Shown here piece after piece: positions 48,536 to 57,195 of a DNA stretch of 64,000 bases. The position numbers and the translations under genes are program-made. The notes under the pieces were generated by a model that did not search any database, was not told where the DNA came from, and saw only the letters and a program-made list of their open reading frames with translations. The stretch is from a virus (Duplodnaviria > Caudoviricetes). The stretch's first letter is position 1. Every line of letters starts with the position of its first letter. The DNA lies in IMG/VR virus record IMGVR_UViG_3300028797_000145, positions 22,892-86,891 of that record. One strand, written 5' to 3'.

Positions 48536-49233
48536 AAAAACTGATTGTAGAGATCTACCAAATCCTCAGGAAGAGGCATGGAAGCCACTCCAGATACCGG
48601 ATCAGAAGAGCCATCTCCATAAAGAAGATTCTCAAGCGCAGTAATAAATGCTGCGCCAGTCTCCGTGGTAAATCTCGTAGTGTCGATTTCGATATGAGCT
48701 GTAGGATTATCCAGGGTATCGCCACCTTCGATCGGGGTGGTCTCGAACTCATAACTCATAGTGATCGCATCCGGACTGTCATTAATAGTCTGGTATGCTT
48801 TCTCAGAAGGTGATGCTGTAGCATTGTATACAAGGTGAATCTTATAGCCATGATCCAGGCCATCGATATCGTTACCGACCTTGGTTCTATAAGAAAGACC
48901 AAATGCCTTTCTCTTCTGACCGGAAGCTACGATACCAGGAGCACCTTCTACGAGGTTAGCCTCACCGTTATTCTGCTTGAATTCATCGGGATACGTGTAG
49001 CACTCGATAGTTCCGCCATAAGTCTCAGCAGATCTCAGAGTAGCGTACTTTCTGTTATCAGCCCAAAGGTCGTTAGCCTCTGCTCCACCAGGATTAGAGT
49101 TAACGGCAGTAAGGCCATTCCAAGCGACGCCGTTGGTGTATTTATTATCTACGATCTGGTACAGAACACCTCTGTCGGTACCCGCCTCGAAGAATCTTTC
49201 ACCACTAGCATCCCAAGCGATTGTAAATGCCAT
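48529..49233 (-). CDS. major tail (tube) protein
   Basis: GTDRGVLY, GVAWNGLT, LWADNRKY, TYPDEF, FGLSYRT. Confidence 0.9.
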   Translation of the reverse strand: MAFTIAWDASGERFFEAGTDRGVLYQIVDNKYTNGVAWNGLTAVNSNPGGAEANDLWADNRKYATLRSAETYGGTIECYTYPDEFKQNNGEANLVEGAPGIVASGQKRKAFGLSYRTKVGNDIDGLDHGYKIHLVYNATASPSEKAYQTINDSPDAITMSYEFETTPIEGGDTLDNPTAHIEIDTTRFTTETGAAFITALENLLYGDGSSDPVSGVASMPLPEDLVDLYNQFFH

Positions 49234-49244
49234 TTTAGTACCTC

Positions 49245-49556
49245 CTACCATGTAATGGTGAAAACATCATGATACAGATTATCAGCTCTGTAAGTCCGGT
49301 CAAATCTTATAAGCTCGAAAGCATCTAAGATGTCATCCGGTAAAGTGGAATCCGCATCTTGATGAACAATAGTTACTGAATACTGCTTATGCTTTAGGTA
49401 TGATCCATTATCTGCATAGATCGGGTCTATCCGATCAAGCTCATACAAAATGCAAGGGTAATGAAGTTGGATAGTTTCCGGAGGCTGATAATAGACATAC
49501 CTGCTACCCATAAACTCTTCAAGAGCCGTCTGTAGGGTTAATCGGGTCTTTTCCAT
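49245..49556 (-). CDS. tail terminator / tail completion protein
   Basis: VYYQPPE..LHYPCILY; position. Confidence 0.7.
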   Translation of the reverse strand: MEKTRLTLQTALEEFMGSRYVYYQPPETIQLHYPCILYELDRIDPIYADNGSYLKHKQYSVTIVHQDADSTLPDDILDAFELIRFDRTYRADNLYHDVFTITW

Positions 49557-49866
49557 TTACATACTCCTCTCCAAGAGAAAGCTGAAGTCTCGGATAATTA
49601 ACCGAAACATTTCGAACTTTCCATCTAATACCCATGTATTCGATGTATCTGATATTGGAGAAATGGCTAAAGGCGTATGGATCAGCAACTATACTCAATT
49701 CCATACCTATCTCAATATTGTCATTAATTCCGTTTGCATTTCGCATAGATCTAGACAAATTGAGCATATCTCCTGAATACTCTCTGGGAACAATTACCTC
49801 CTCCCAAATTCCAGGAGAAGTTTCTAAGGTTTCGGCATAGCCTACGTTTCCATACCACCTTGCCAT
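49519..49866 (-). CDS. head-tail joining (stopper) protein
   Basis: MARWYGNVGY; SIVADPYA; YMGIRWKV. Confidence 0.7.
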   Translation of the reverse strand: MARWYGNVGYAETLETSPGIWEEVIVPREYSGDMLNLSRSMRNANGINDNIEIGMELSIVADPYAFSHFSNIRYIEYMGIRWKVRNVSVNYPRLQLSLGEEYVNGKDPINPTDGS

Positions 49867-49885
49867 TTTGAAATCTCCTTATTCA

Positions 49886-50287
49886 TCAACCCTGGCCGTT
49901 CTCTTCACAAGTAAGACCACTCAGGCTGTATACTTTGGTAACGGATTCATATCCTTCTTTGCTCGCCACGACTGTTAAGGTCTGCGTGCTCTTATCCCTT
50001 ACACGGAATACAGCGATTCCGTCGGAGTCCAAAGTGGATGTGTTATCCATCGTTGCTGTGATGGTAACACCGTCCTCATCCGGAACTTCTGCATGGAATA
50101 CAAGGTAATTACCTTCCTGAAGATCAGGATCACCAGAGAATCCGGTGTAGTCATCCACATACTTCAGGGTACCGGTAATACCAGTTCCAGCACCGTTCAA
50201 CGAAACTCCGCTCTGAAGATCCGTTACGTACTTGCCGAACAGATCCTCAGACTCGGAAATGTTGAAGTCAATGGATAAGCGATTTAA
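49886..50287 (-). CDS. -1 frameshift extension (Ig-like?) of major capsid protein
   Basis: A_AAC_CCT heptamer immediately before capsid TAA; -1 frame open for 133 codons. Confidence 0.8.
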   Translation of the reverse strand, partial: LNRLSIDFNISESEDLFGKYVTDLQSGVSLNGAGTGITGTLKYVDDYTGFSGDPDLQEGNYLVFHAEVPDEDGVTITATMDNTSTLDSDGIAVFRVRDKSTQTLTVVASKEGYESVTKVYSLSGLTCEENGQG

Positions 50288-52296
50288 GGGTTTAAGTTAC
50301 CATCGGTGGAGTACACGGTCATAGCCGAGAAAGGCTTAACCAGTGCACCGGACATTCTGGTCTCGATCAGGTACTTCTCCTGGTTGTAGTCGATATCGAA
50401 GTCATCGAAGTAGTTGATCTCGCCACCCTTGTCAGTACCTACATTGTAATCCTGCAGGTTTACGATCACGCCGATAAGAGCCTTGTCTGCAGCGTCGATC
50501 TCAACGGTCTGGTTCTCCATAACCTCAACAGTTACAATCTCCTTAACGCGAAGCTTGGTAGCAAGCTCTGCCTCAGTCTTGAACAGAGGCTGACCCATCT
50601 TGTCTTCAAGCAGCAGCATCTCGGTAAGCACGTCTTCGGTAGTGAAGAAGGTCGGGTTTCCAGAACCCTTGTAGTTCTTACGAGCACGAATAACAGCCTT
50701 GATTACATTGTTGTAATCGCCGTTGATCGTTACCGGAACCTTAACATTGAACAGGTCAACATCGGAAGCGATAGGACGAATGTTCTGAGGATTGATCTTA
50801 TCTGCGGATACGTTGCTGCGGCCATCACCGATCAGGATCGCACGAGCGATTTCCTCATTCAGCATTACGCGCATCTCAGCCTTGATCCAGTTAACAACAT
50901 CGAAGTCGGTGATATCGACAATGTTGTCACGGTCCATCTTCTGTTTCTTGTAGATCGTGGTCGGATCGGTCTTTCTCTTCAGAGTAGAGAATACCTCGTC
51001 GATCTTCTCAGCACCGGTAACATAACCTTTAGCTCTTGCATCCTCAGCAGTGATGTCTGCGAATACAGACTTAATACGGCTAAACGGGCTCTTATGAACT
51101 GCGGACATAACCTTGGTTACCCAGGTCTGATCTCTGGAAATCCACTCAGGAGTGTTGCTAAGAGATCTGTAATCCGGGAACAGCATGGAAGGATCGTTGA
51201 AACCATAGGTCAGGTGCCCGGTAGGGGTCTCCATACCATCGGTAGGGGTGGAATGTGCCAGTACTTCCTCTTCACCATAGAAATCGTTGATCGTATCCTT
51301 CAGGGATCTGCGGTCATGCTTTGCGGCCTCCAGGATCTCCATTCTGTCGCTGTGGCAAAGGAAATCATCCTGTGCATAGCCGCTTTCAAAAATGTTGTGC
51401 TTCATTTCTTCGTCTCCTTCCTCGTCATCTTCATCTTCGTCGGTTACACCCTTCTCTTCAAGAGCCATACCGATAAGTGCATACATTGCATTCTTCTGTT
51501 CCTCGTTCATGGTATCAACCACGTCTTTGAGGGTCTTTTCATTGTCTTCATCTGCATGGGCAAGTGTCTTACTCATCTGTTTTTTACCTCCGTTTTTGTC
51601 TTCGTCTTCGTCGGATTCTTCCTCGACCTCGTCTTCAGGCTCATCCTCCTCTTCAGACTCTTCAACTTCTTCATCTTCCTCATCGGAATCTTCTTCGGTC
51701 TCTTCGTCTTTCTTAGGAACGGCCTTGATAGTCTTGGTTTCTTCCTTCTCGACTTCTACTTCTTTGACTTCGTCATCCTCATCGTCCTCTTTCTTTTTTT
51801 CTCCATCACCCTCGCAAGAGTGATAAAGCTCAAGAGGCTCTCCTGTAAAGATAACTCCGATCTCATCGTCAAAAGGTTCACCATGTTCAAGAGCTACGCG
51901 GTTAACTGTATCTTGATCGATAAACGCTCCGGGGTTTGCTCCCGCGAGAACCACACTAACCTCTCGAACCATTCCATGAAGGACATTCGAACCTTTCTGG
52001 CGTAACTGATTTGCGAATATGGAAAGTGAAACCACGTCACCGTGCTCGACTAAATGCTTCGTAGCCTGGCCCTTAGCACTGTCGTTAAACGAACAATACG
52101 CGTAAAGACCTTCATTGCGATTCTCCAAAACAGCATGACCTAAAACCATGTCAGGGTCATCATGAATATGACTCCAAACAAGAGGTACTGTCTTGCCATC
52201 ACAATCTTTGAACGCATCTTTGATGATGGTTCTACCATCGGAGCACAGCATGTTGTTTCGACTAGCCCATCCGCTAAAGTCAAACTTCATTGCCAT
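50284..52296 (-). CDS. fused prohead protease - acidic linker/scaffold - HK97-fold major capsid protein
   Basis: VPLVWSH..LGH...LSI...REVSVVLAGANPGA (HK97-type protease); E/D-rich linker; capsid core; GAGGAGG before ATG at 52296. Confidence 0.9.
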   Translation of the reverse strand: MAMKFDFSGWASRNNMLCSDGRTIIKDAFKDCDGKTVPLVWSHIHDDPDMVLGHAVLENRNEGLYAYCSFNDSAKGQATKHLVEHGDVVSLSIFANQLRQKGSNVLHGMVREVSVVLAGANPGAFIDQDTVNRVALEHGEPFDDEIGVIFTGEPLELYHSCEGDGEKKKEDDEDDEVKEVEVEKEETKTIKAVPKKDEETEEDSDEEDEEVEESEEEDEPEDEVEEESDEDEDKNGGKKQMSKTLAHADEDNEKTLKDVVDTMNEEQKNAMYALIGMALEEKGVTDEDEDDEEGDEEMKHNIFESGYAQDDFLCHSDRMEILEAAKHDRRSLKDTINDFYGEEEVLAHSTPTDGMETPTGHLTYGFNDPSMLFPDYRSLSNTPEWISRDQTWVTKVMSAVHKSPFSRIKSVFADITAEDARAKGYVTGAEKIDEVFSTLKRKTDPTTIYKKQKMDRDNIVDITDFDVVNWIKAEMRVMLNEEIARAILIGDGRSNVSADKINPQNIRPIASDVDLFNVKVPVTINGDYNNVIKAVIRARKNYKGSGNPTFFTTEDVLTEMLLLEDKMGQPLFKTEAELATKLRVKEIVTVEVMENQTVEIDAADKALIGVIVNLQDYNVGTDKGGEINYFDDFDIDYNQEKYLIETRMSGALVKPFSAMTVYSTDGNLNP

Positions 52297-53590
52297 TTTG
52301 AATTTCCTCCTCAGTATTAAATTGTTCTTCCGGGTACTCTTCTTGATACTCTTCGTCAGGTATGTCATACATTGCGTTAGGATCTTCACCAGTTGGTTCG
52401 CTAAGGTTGCTATTCCTCAACTCATCAGCCTTAGGATCGCTAGATGGCTTCATACCGATAACCTGACGAATCTCGTTAGAAGTCATGATCTCGTTCCGTG
52501 TAAACTTATCTGCAATCTCAGCAATCTGTGATACAGGTACCAGCTTAAACGGATCCCTGAAGAATTCTACGGACTGGCGTGGTGATCTGGAACGAGCTGT
52601 CTTAGAGAGGAACTTACGTTTCATCTCATCAGTAATAGCAGAAAGGATTGGCTCAATTGTACGATTGTAATAATTCATCATCGTATTCTCATCCGCAGTT
52701 CCATCTAATATTCCTTGTGTTAAACCTAACTGGCTGTAAAGCATACTCGTCAAGTACTCTACTTGGGACATTAGATTGTTCTCGATCGGACGGTTGAGCT
52801 GTGTTACTTTCTCAGTTCCATCTGTATACGCGATACCGTATTTCGAGCTTTCCAATTGCGCCTGGATGTCTTCCATCCTAGACTTTACGTACTCTCTTTT
52901 GGCCGGAGTTTTGATTTGGTACGGCAATTGGATTATTAAATCAAGCTTGTTGGCGCCAGTCTGTTCATCGATGGCATCCATTAAGCTTAACTTACGAATA
53001 AGTCTTTGCATGGTGGAATTAGGCTCATTCATTACTGAATATAGCGGATTTTCGATAATAGCCACCATGTGTTTGGGAAGTACTATGGGCTCACGTTTTC
53101 CGGTAAGCTCGTTGTAAACCTCCAGTCTAACTGTCTGCGGGAACCATTCGGTTACCCTTGCAGTCCTCATCGACAAAATATCGTATGAGTCAGATCTTGT
53201 TGGATTGCCTTTAGTCTCGACTGGAACCAAGGCTACACAACCTTCGTCCAAAAGGGACATTACCGCATCTTGAATAAATGCTCGCCCAACTTGATCAATG
53301 TTTGCTTCTACTGATAGACAGTTATTAAGTCCGGAATCTACGTCTTCCAAATATCGATCATTGTCATCGAGTCGTACGTGCTTGATGTCGATAGCAGCAC
53401 AATCCATTGCTATACGGTTATAGATTGAAACCGTAATGGATCTTTCAGCACCTCTAAATATTCGAACTCGATCTGGTCGATAACTTGATCCATAACTTGT
53501 AAATGAAGATTCATAAATTGTCGGATCTTTGTTACTAAAAAAAGCGTTCCAGGCGTTTTTAATCCTGGAACCAATAGTTACATCGCTCAT
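52280..53590 (-). CDS. portal protein
   Basis: SIYNRIAMD, NIDQVGRAFIQD, GIAYTDGTEK, MTSNEIRQ. Confidence 0.9.
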   Translation of the reverse strand: MSDVTIGSRIKNAWNAFFSNKDPTIYESSFTSYGSSYRPDRVRIFRGAERSITVSIYNRIAMDCAAIDIKHVRLDDNDRYLEDVDSGLNNCLSVEANIDQVGRAFIQDAVMSLLDEGCVALVPVETKGNPTRSDSYDILSMRTARVTEWFPQTVRLEVYNELTGKREPIVLPKHMVAIIENPLYSVMNEPNSTMQRLIRKLSLMDAIDEQTGANKLDLIIQLPYQIKTPAKREYVKSRMEDIQAQLESSKYGIAYTDGTEKVTQLNRPIENNLMSQVEYLTSMLYSQLGLTQGILDGTADENTMMNYYNRTIEPILSAITDEMKRKFLSKTARSRSPRQSVEFFRDPFKLVPVSQIAEIADKFTRNEIMTSNEIRQVIGMKPSSDPKADELRNSNLSEPTGEDPNAMYDIPDEEYQEEYPEEQFNTEEEIQNGNEV

Positions 53591-53615
53591 TTTGAGACTC
53601 CTTTACTTTTAGCAT

Positions 53616-54473
53616 TTAACGTTTTTTCTTAGCTAAAGCTTTTCCCATTTTAGCAAGGGGTGCATTCATGTAAGGATCCCCATACTTTTCTACTCTCTTT
53701 TGATAAGTTTTTTTATCAGTTTTGTACTTCTTCTGGAATTGCTTATTATCCATACTATTCCAATCGTTAATTGCTCTTTGAGTAGTTTTACTAACATTAC
53801 TTCCGGCCGTGAGTTTCTGTCCAGAAGTTTTCTTATCAATTCTCTTATTTTTTCTTTCAGCTCTTTTAATCGTAGACTTTCCTGCAAGATGTCCAACATC
53901 CTTAGCAAGACCAACAGCTCCTCCAGTAAGTATCCAGTCAACTGCTTCTTTACCACGAGTTGTTGTTCTTCCTGAAATTCTCGTGTGCGGGGTATTCACC
54001 CATTCTTTTCTAAAAACAAAATTTTCGATAAATTTGTCACTCATATCAGCTTTTCTCATCTTTGAAGCATATTCAGATCCGTATTTATGATTTTGAGCTG
54101 ACACGTTATGGATATGTTTTCCAAATCTTGTTCTAGAAGCATCTGCTAATTTTCTTTGTGTCTCAGCTTTAATATCCTGAGATGTTTTCATCTGTCCATA
54201 TCCAGCAAGTTCGGAAATTTTATTTCCAACCCCTTTAGCATTATGAGCTTTCTTAAATGGGGTCACTATTCTTTGCCCAAGTCCTTGCGCTCGGATCTTT
54301 GTTCTTTCAATAACCCCATAACGCTGACGACCACTATTTGTTAATGATCCGTCAGCATTTTGGAATCGTCTCTGGCCCCACTTTTGTCCTTTAATTCCAT
54401 GATGAGCGAGATAATTTTCATACATAATCTGTTCATCTGGATTAAGATAGATCATTCCATTAGCACTTATCAT
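53616..54473 (-). CDS. HHGIKG-motif protein 1 (DUF7211-like)
   Basis: YLAHHGIKGQKWGQRRFQNADGSLT. Confidence 0.8.
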   Translation of the reverse strand: MISANGMIYLNPDEQIMYENYLAHHGIKGQKWGQRRFQNADGSLTNSGRQRYGVIERTKIRAQGLGQRIVTPFKKAHNAKGVGNKISELAGYGQMKTSQDIKAETQRKLADASRTRFGKHIHNVSAQNHKYGSEYASKMRKADMSDKFIENFVFRKEWVNTPHTRISGRTTTRGKEAVDWILTGGAVGLAKDVGHLAGKSTIKRAERKNKRIDKKTSGQKLTAGSNVSKTTQRAINDWNSMDNKQFQKKYKTDKKTYQKRVEKYGDPYMNAPLAKMGKALAKKKR

Positions 54474-54493
54474 TTTTTTTCTCCTTTTTTATT

Positions 54494-55021
54494 TTAGCCG
54501 TTTTTGTAGTTGTATCTGATCTCTCGTCGAGTTGTATCGATGGTTATAGGCATGTCCATAAGAGCTTTTTGTCTTCCAGCCCACTTGCGACCTTCTGATC
54601 TGTAAGTGGATTGATTTTTAGCCAACGATTTTTTATATCTTTTCAAATCCTCTCCAGAAGAAATTGCATCTGATATCGAATCGAAAAATGCTTCTCCTGA
54701 ACCACGGTAAGATCCTGCCCCATGCTGCCAATCATAATTTATTTCTCTCGATCTTCTCTTATTATCCATATAAACTTTCCATGTATTTGATCTAGTGCCG
54801 TATTTGTTAAGGTCTTCTAAATCGTGTTTTGCTTTAGCAGCTCTGTAGTTAAAGTCTTCTCTTTTTCTATTGGCTTGCTTAGCTTTCTTATCTCGATATT
54901 TCTCTAATTTCTGAAGATGCTTTTTACCTTTTGGTGTTAATTTTCCATTGGAATATCGGTATCTCCTAACACCCCACTTCATTCCTTTAATGCCGTGGTG
55001 TTCCAAATATTCTTCGTTCAT
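54494..55021 (-). CDS. HHGIKG-motif protein 2
   Basis: YLEHHGIKGMKWGVRRY. Confidence 0.8.
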   Translation of the reverse strand: MNEEYLEHHGIKGMKWGVRRYRYSNGKLTPKGKKHLQKLEKYRDKKAKQANRKREDFNYRAAKAKHDLEDLNKYGTRSNTWKVYMDNKRRSREINYDWQHGAGSYRGSGEAFFDSISDAISSGEDLKRYKKSLAKNQSTYRSEGRKWAGRQKALMDMPITIDTTRREIRYNYKNG

Positions 55022-55035
55022 CGTGAGATGTCTCC

Positions 55036-56073
55036 TTAATAATATTGATATTTCTTTGGATTTTGTTTCATATCTTGCTCTGTATCATAACTGGATAATT
55101 TCAATGTAGCTACAGCAGCAGATCCCAAAGCAACATGATGCGGTTTCATAGCTTCATCTGCCAATACTCGTGCATTTGCTTTCCAAAAGTTTCTATTAAT
55201 TTCGGAATCGGCAAGTTTAGTTACTTGAGGACTTGTGATCTTTGCGTTATTGAACATAATGACGGCTTTAGTATTAAATCCACTAAAAGATGTATCATTA
55301 AGATCTTTAATTCCGCTATAACCGCGTTTCTTAAGTTCATCGAAGAATGTTTGTCTTGCTTGCTCTTCAGCTGTGCCATCACCCATCATCGTGTTCGATA
55401 GGAAATTACCATATTTACCACGCCAAGGATGAGTCCAATCAATGGTTTGCTGATTATAAAAACTCGGATTGTTTTTCATTAATTCTTTAAAAACTTTCTT
55501 TCCGTTTCTATTACCAGCTATCTTCATATCACTCGCAGCGTTGTATGTGATCTTATTTTTATTAAATGCGCCAATTGTTGTTTGAGCTCTCCCCCACATA
55601 CCAATGTATTTTTGGTTATCTGCTTTACGATATGACATAAACCAATGTTCGCCAGCTCCCACTCTATCCGGATCGATATGTAGAGTTTGCATAGCTAAGC
55701 CTTTTGCAAGCTTAGTATCGAAATAACTTCTTCCAATTCGTCGACCTATGTAAATTGCTGCAGCCGCTCCCACGGCAATACCTGCACCAATTGCTATCTT
55801 CTTAGCGATTTCAGCTTTTCTTTTTGCAGCATCATCGGCATCTTTTTTAGACATTCCATATTCAGATTGGTACCTTTCGGAAGTGCTGTCGATGTATGAT
55901 TTTGAGATTTTGTTTCCGGCTTTCTGAAGTTTCTTTCCTAAAGCGGTTCTAGTACCGTCTGGTTTTTGAAATCGTCTTATGCCCCATTTCATACCTTTAA
56001 TGCCGTGGTGGGCTAGGTACATCTCATATTCCATTGGGCTGGAGAAATATACATTGTTACCGTCGCTAATCAT
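55036..56073 (-). CDS. HHGIKG-motif protein 3 with C-terminal globular domain (possible ADP-ribosyltransferase-like fold)
   Basis: YLAHHGIKGMKWGIRRFQ; LKKRGYSGIKDLND...VIMFN. Confidence 0.7.
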   Translation of the reverse strand: MISDGNNVYFSSPMEYEMYLAHHGIKGMKWGIRRFQKPDGTRTALGKKLQKAGNKISKSYIDSTSERYQSEYGMSKKDADDAAKRKAEIAKKIAIGAGIAVGAAAAIYIGRRIGRSYFDTKLAKGLAMQTLHIDPDRVGAGEHWFMSYRKADNQKYIGMWGRAQTTIGAFNKNKITYNAASDMKIAGNRNGKKVFKELMKNNPSFYNQQTIDWTHPWRGKYGNFLSNTMMGDGTAEEQARQTFFDELKKRGYSGIKDLNDTSFSGFNTKAVIMFNNAKITSPQVTKLADSEINRNFWKANARVLADEAMKPHHVALGSAAVATLKLSSYDTEQDMKQNPKKYQYY

Positions 56074-56080
56074 ATACCTA

Positions 56081-56614
56081 TCACCCCGCCATGTTCTTAA
56101 TAAAGTAAATCGCCATTGCAATCTGAGCTGCTGATGCACCAACCGCTAAAATATCTCCAGCGGTATCGAGATAATCTGCGGCTCTGTCTCTGCCTAAAGA
56201 AATCTGATCGGACTTCAAATTACGGTAATTTCGCTCGAGATTCATTCGATTCACTTTCTTCTGCAAATCCTGATCAGACATCTTTGAGACATCAAAGTCT
56301 CTGGCTATGATCTTATTCCTTTTTCTTTCAGCAGATTTTGAGACAGCTCTAGAAGCAGCTCTAGATCCTTCTGATCCGGCTTTAAAAGCTTTAGAAGCTT
56401 GATCATACTTAACAGCTTCGCCAGCTTTGTATTTGTTTTCGTTTTCTCTTCGTTTTGTATATGCTGCCAAAGTGTTATCATCCATTTTGGATAGACGTTC
56501 TTTTGCAGACTCTTTTTTGGATCTTCCTCCACCATTCCTCTGAAATGGTCTCTTTCCAGACCCAAAAGGATAACGACCAGAATGATGTGGCGTTCCGTAA
56601 TGTGCAAGGTACAT
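56081..56614 (-). CDS. HHGIKG-motif protein 4 (variant)
   Basis: MYLAHYGTPHHSGRYPFGSG. Confidence 0.75.
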   Translation of the reverse strand: MYLAHYGTPHHSGRYPFGSGKRPFQRNGGGRSKKESAKERLSKMDDNTLAAYTKRRENENKYKAGEAVKYDQASKAFKAGSEGSRAASRAVSKSAERKRNKIIARDFDVSKMSDQDLQKKVNRMNLERNYRNLKSDQISLGRDRAADYLDTAGDILAVGASAAQIAMAIYFIKNMAG

Positions 56615-56627
56615 TTTATGACCTCCT

Positions 56628-57182
56628 TTATTTGCGACTATGGGCATAGTATGCTCTAAGATTGCGAGCATCCATTTCATTCTTTACTCCCCAAAGAGCA
56701 TTAACTGCTTCCATTCCCAAGCCAGCAGCCGCAGCATAAGCTGCTGGTTTCTTCATTCCATTTTGATATAACAAAAACGCAACGGTACCGGTACCAGTAG
56801 CTATAGAAGTAGCTCTTCCAAGAGCTGCTCCAGAACCAGTAATAGTCTTTCCAGACTGATACAATCGCTTTCCTTTATCAGCTTTCTTATCTCTTTTAAG
56901 CTGATTGTAATCACGATTCATCTTGATCTTTGCGTCTTTTCGTTTTCCACGAGCTTCAACTAATTCTTTCTTGGAAACATTTTTGTTTCCGCTCTTCTTA
57001 GCTTCTTTATAAGCCTTCTTTTCTTTCTTATACTTAGCATCTGCCTCATCGTACTTTTTAGCAGATTCATCAAAATTCTTAACTCCTTTTCTTACATAAG
57101 ATCCATCATAATTTCTATACCTACGAACTCCCCATTTCATGCCCTTAACGCCATGGTGTTCCAAATATTCTGTTTCGTACAT
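56628..57182 (-). CDS. HHG(V)KG-motif protein 5
   Basis: YLEHHGVKGMKWGVRRY. Confidence 0.8.
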   Translation of the reverse strand: MYETEYLEHHGVKGMKWGVRRYRNYDGSYVRKGVKNFDESAKKYDEADAKYKKEKKAYKEAKKSGNKNVSKKELVEARGKRKDAKIKMNRDYNQLKRDKKADKGKRLYQSGKTITGSGAALGRATSIATGTGTVAFLLYQNGMKKPAAYAAAAGLGMEAVNALWGVKNEMDARNLRAYYAHSRK

Positions 57183-57195
57183 TCCGTCACCTCTC

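Noticed and set aside
51400-51800. GAA/GAC-rich repetitive DNA
   Set aside because: Explained by the acidic E/D-rich linker of the capsid polyprotein; not an independent repeat element.
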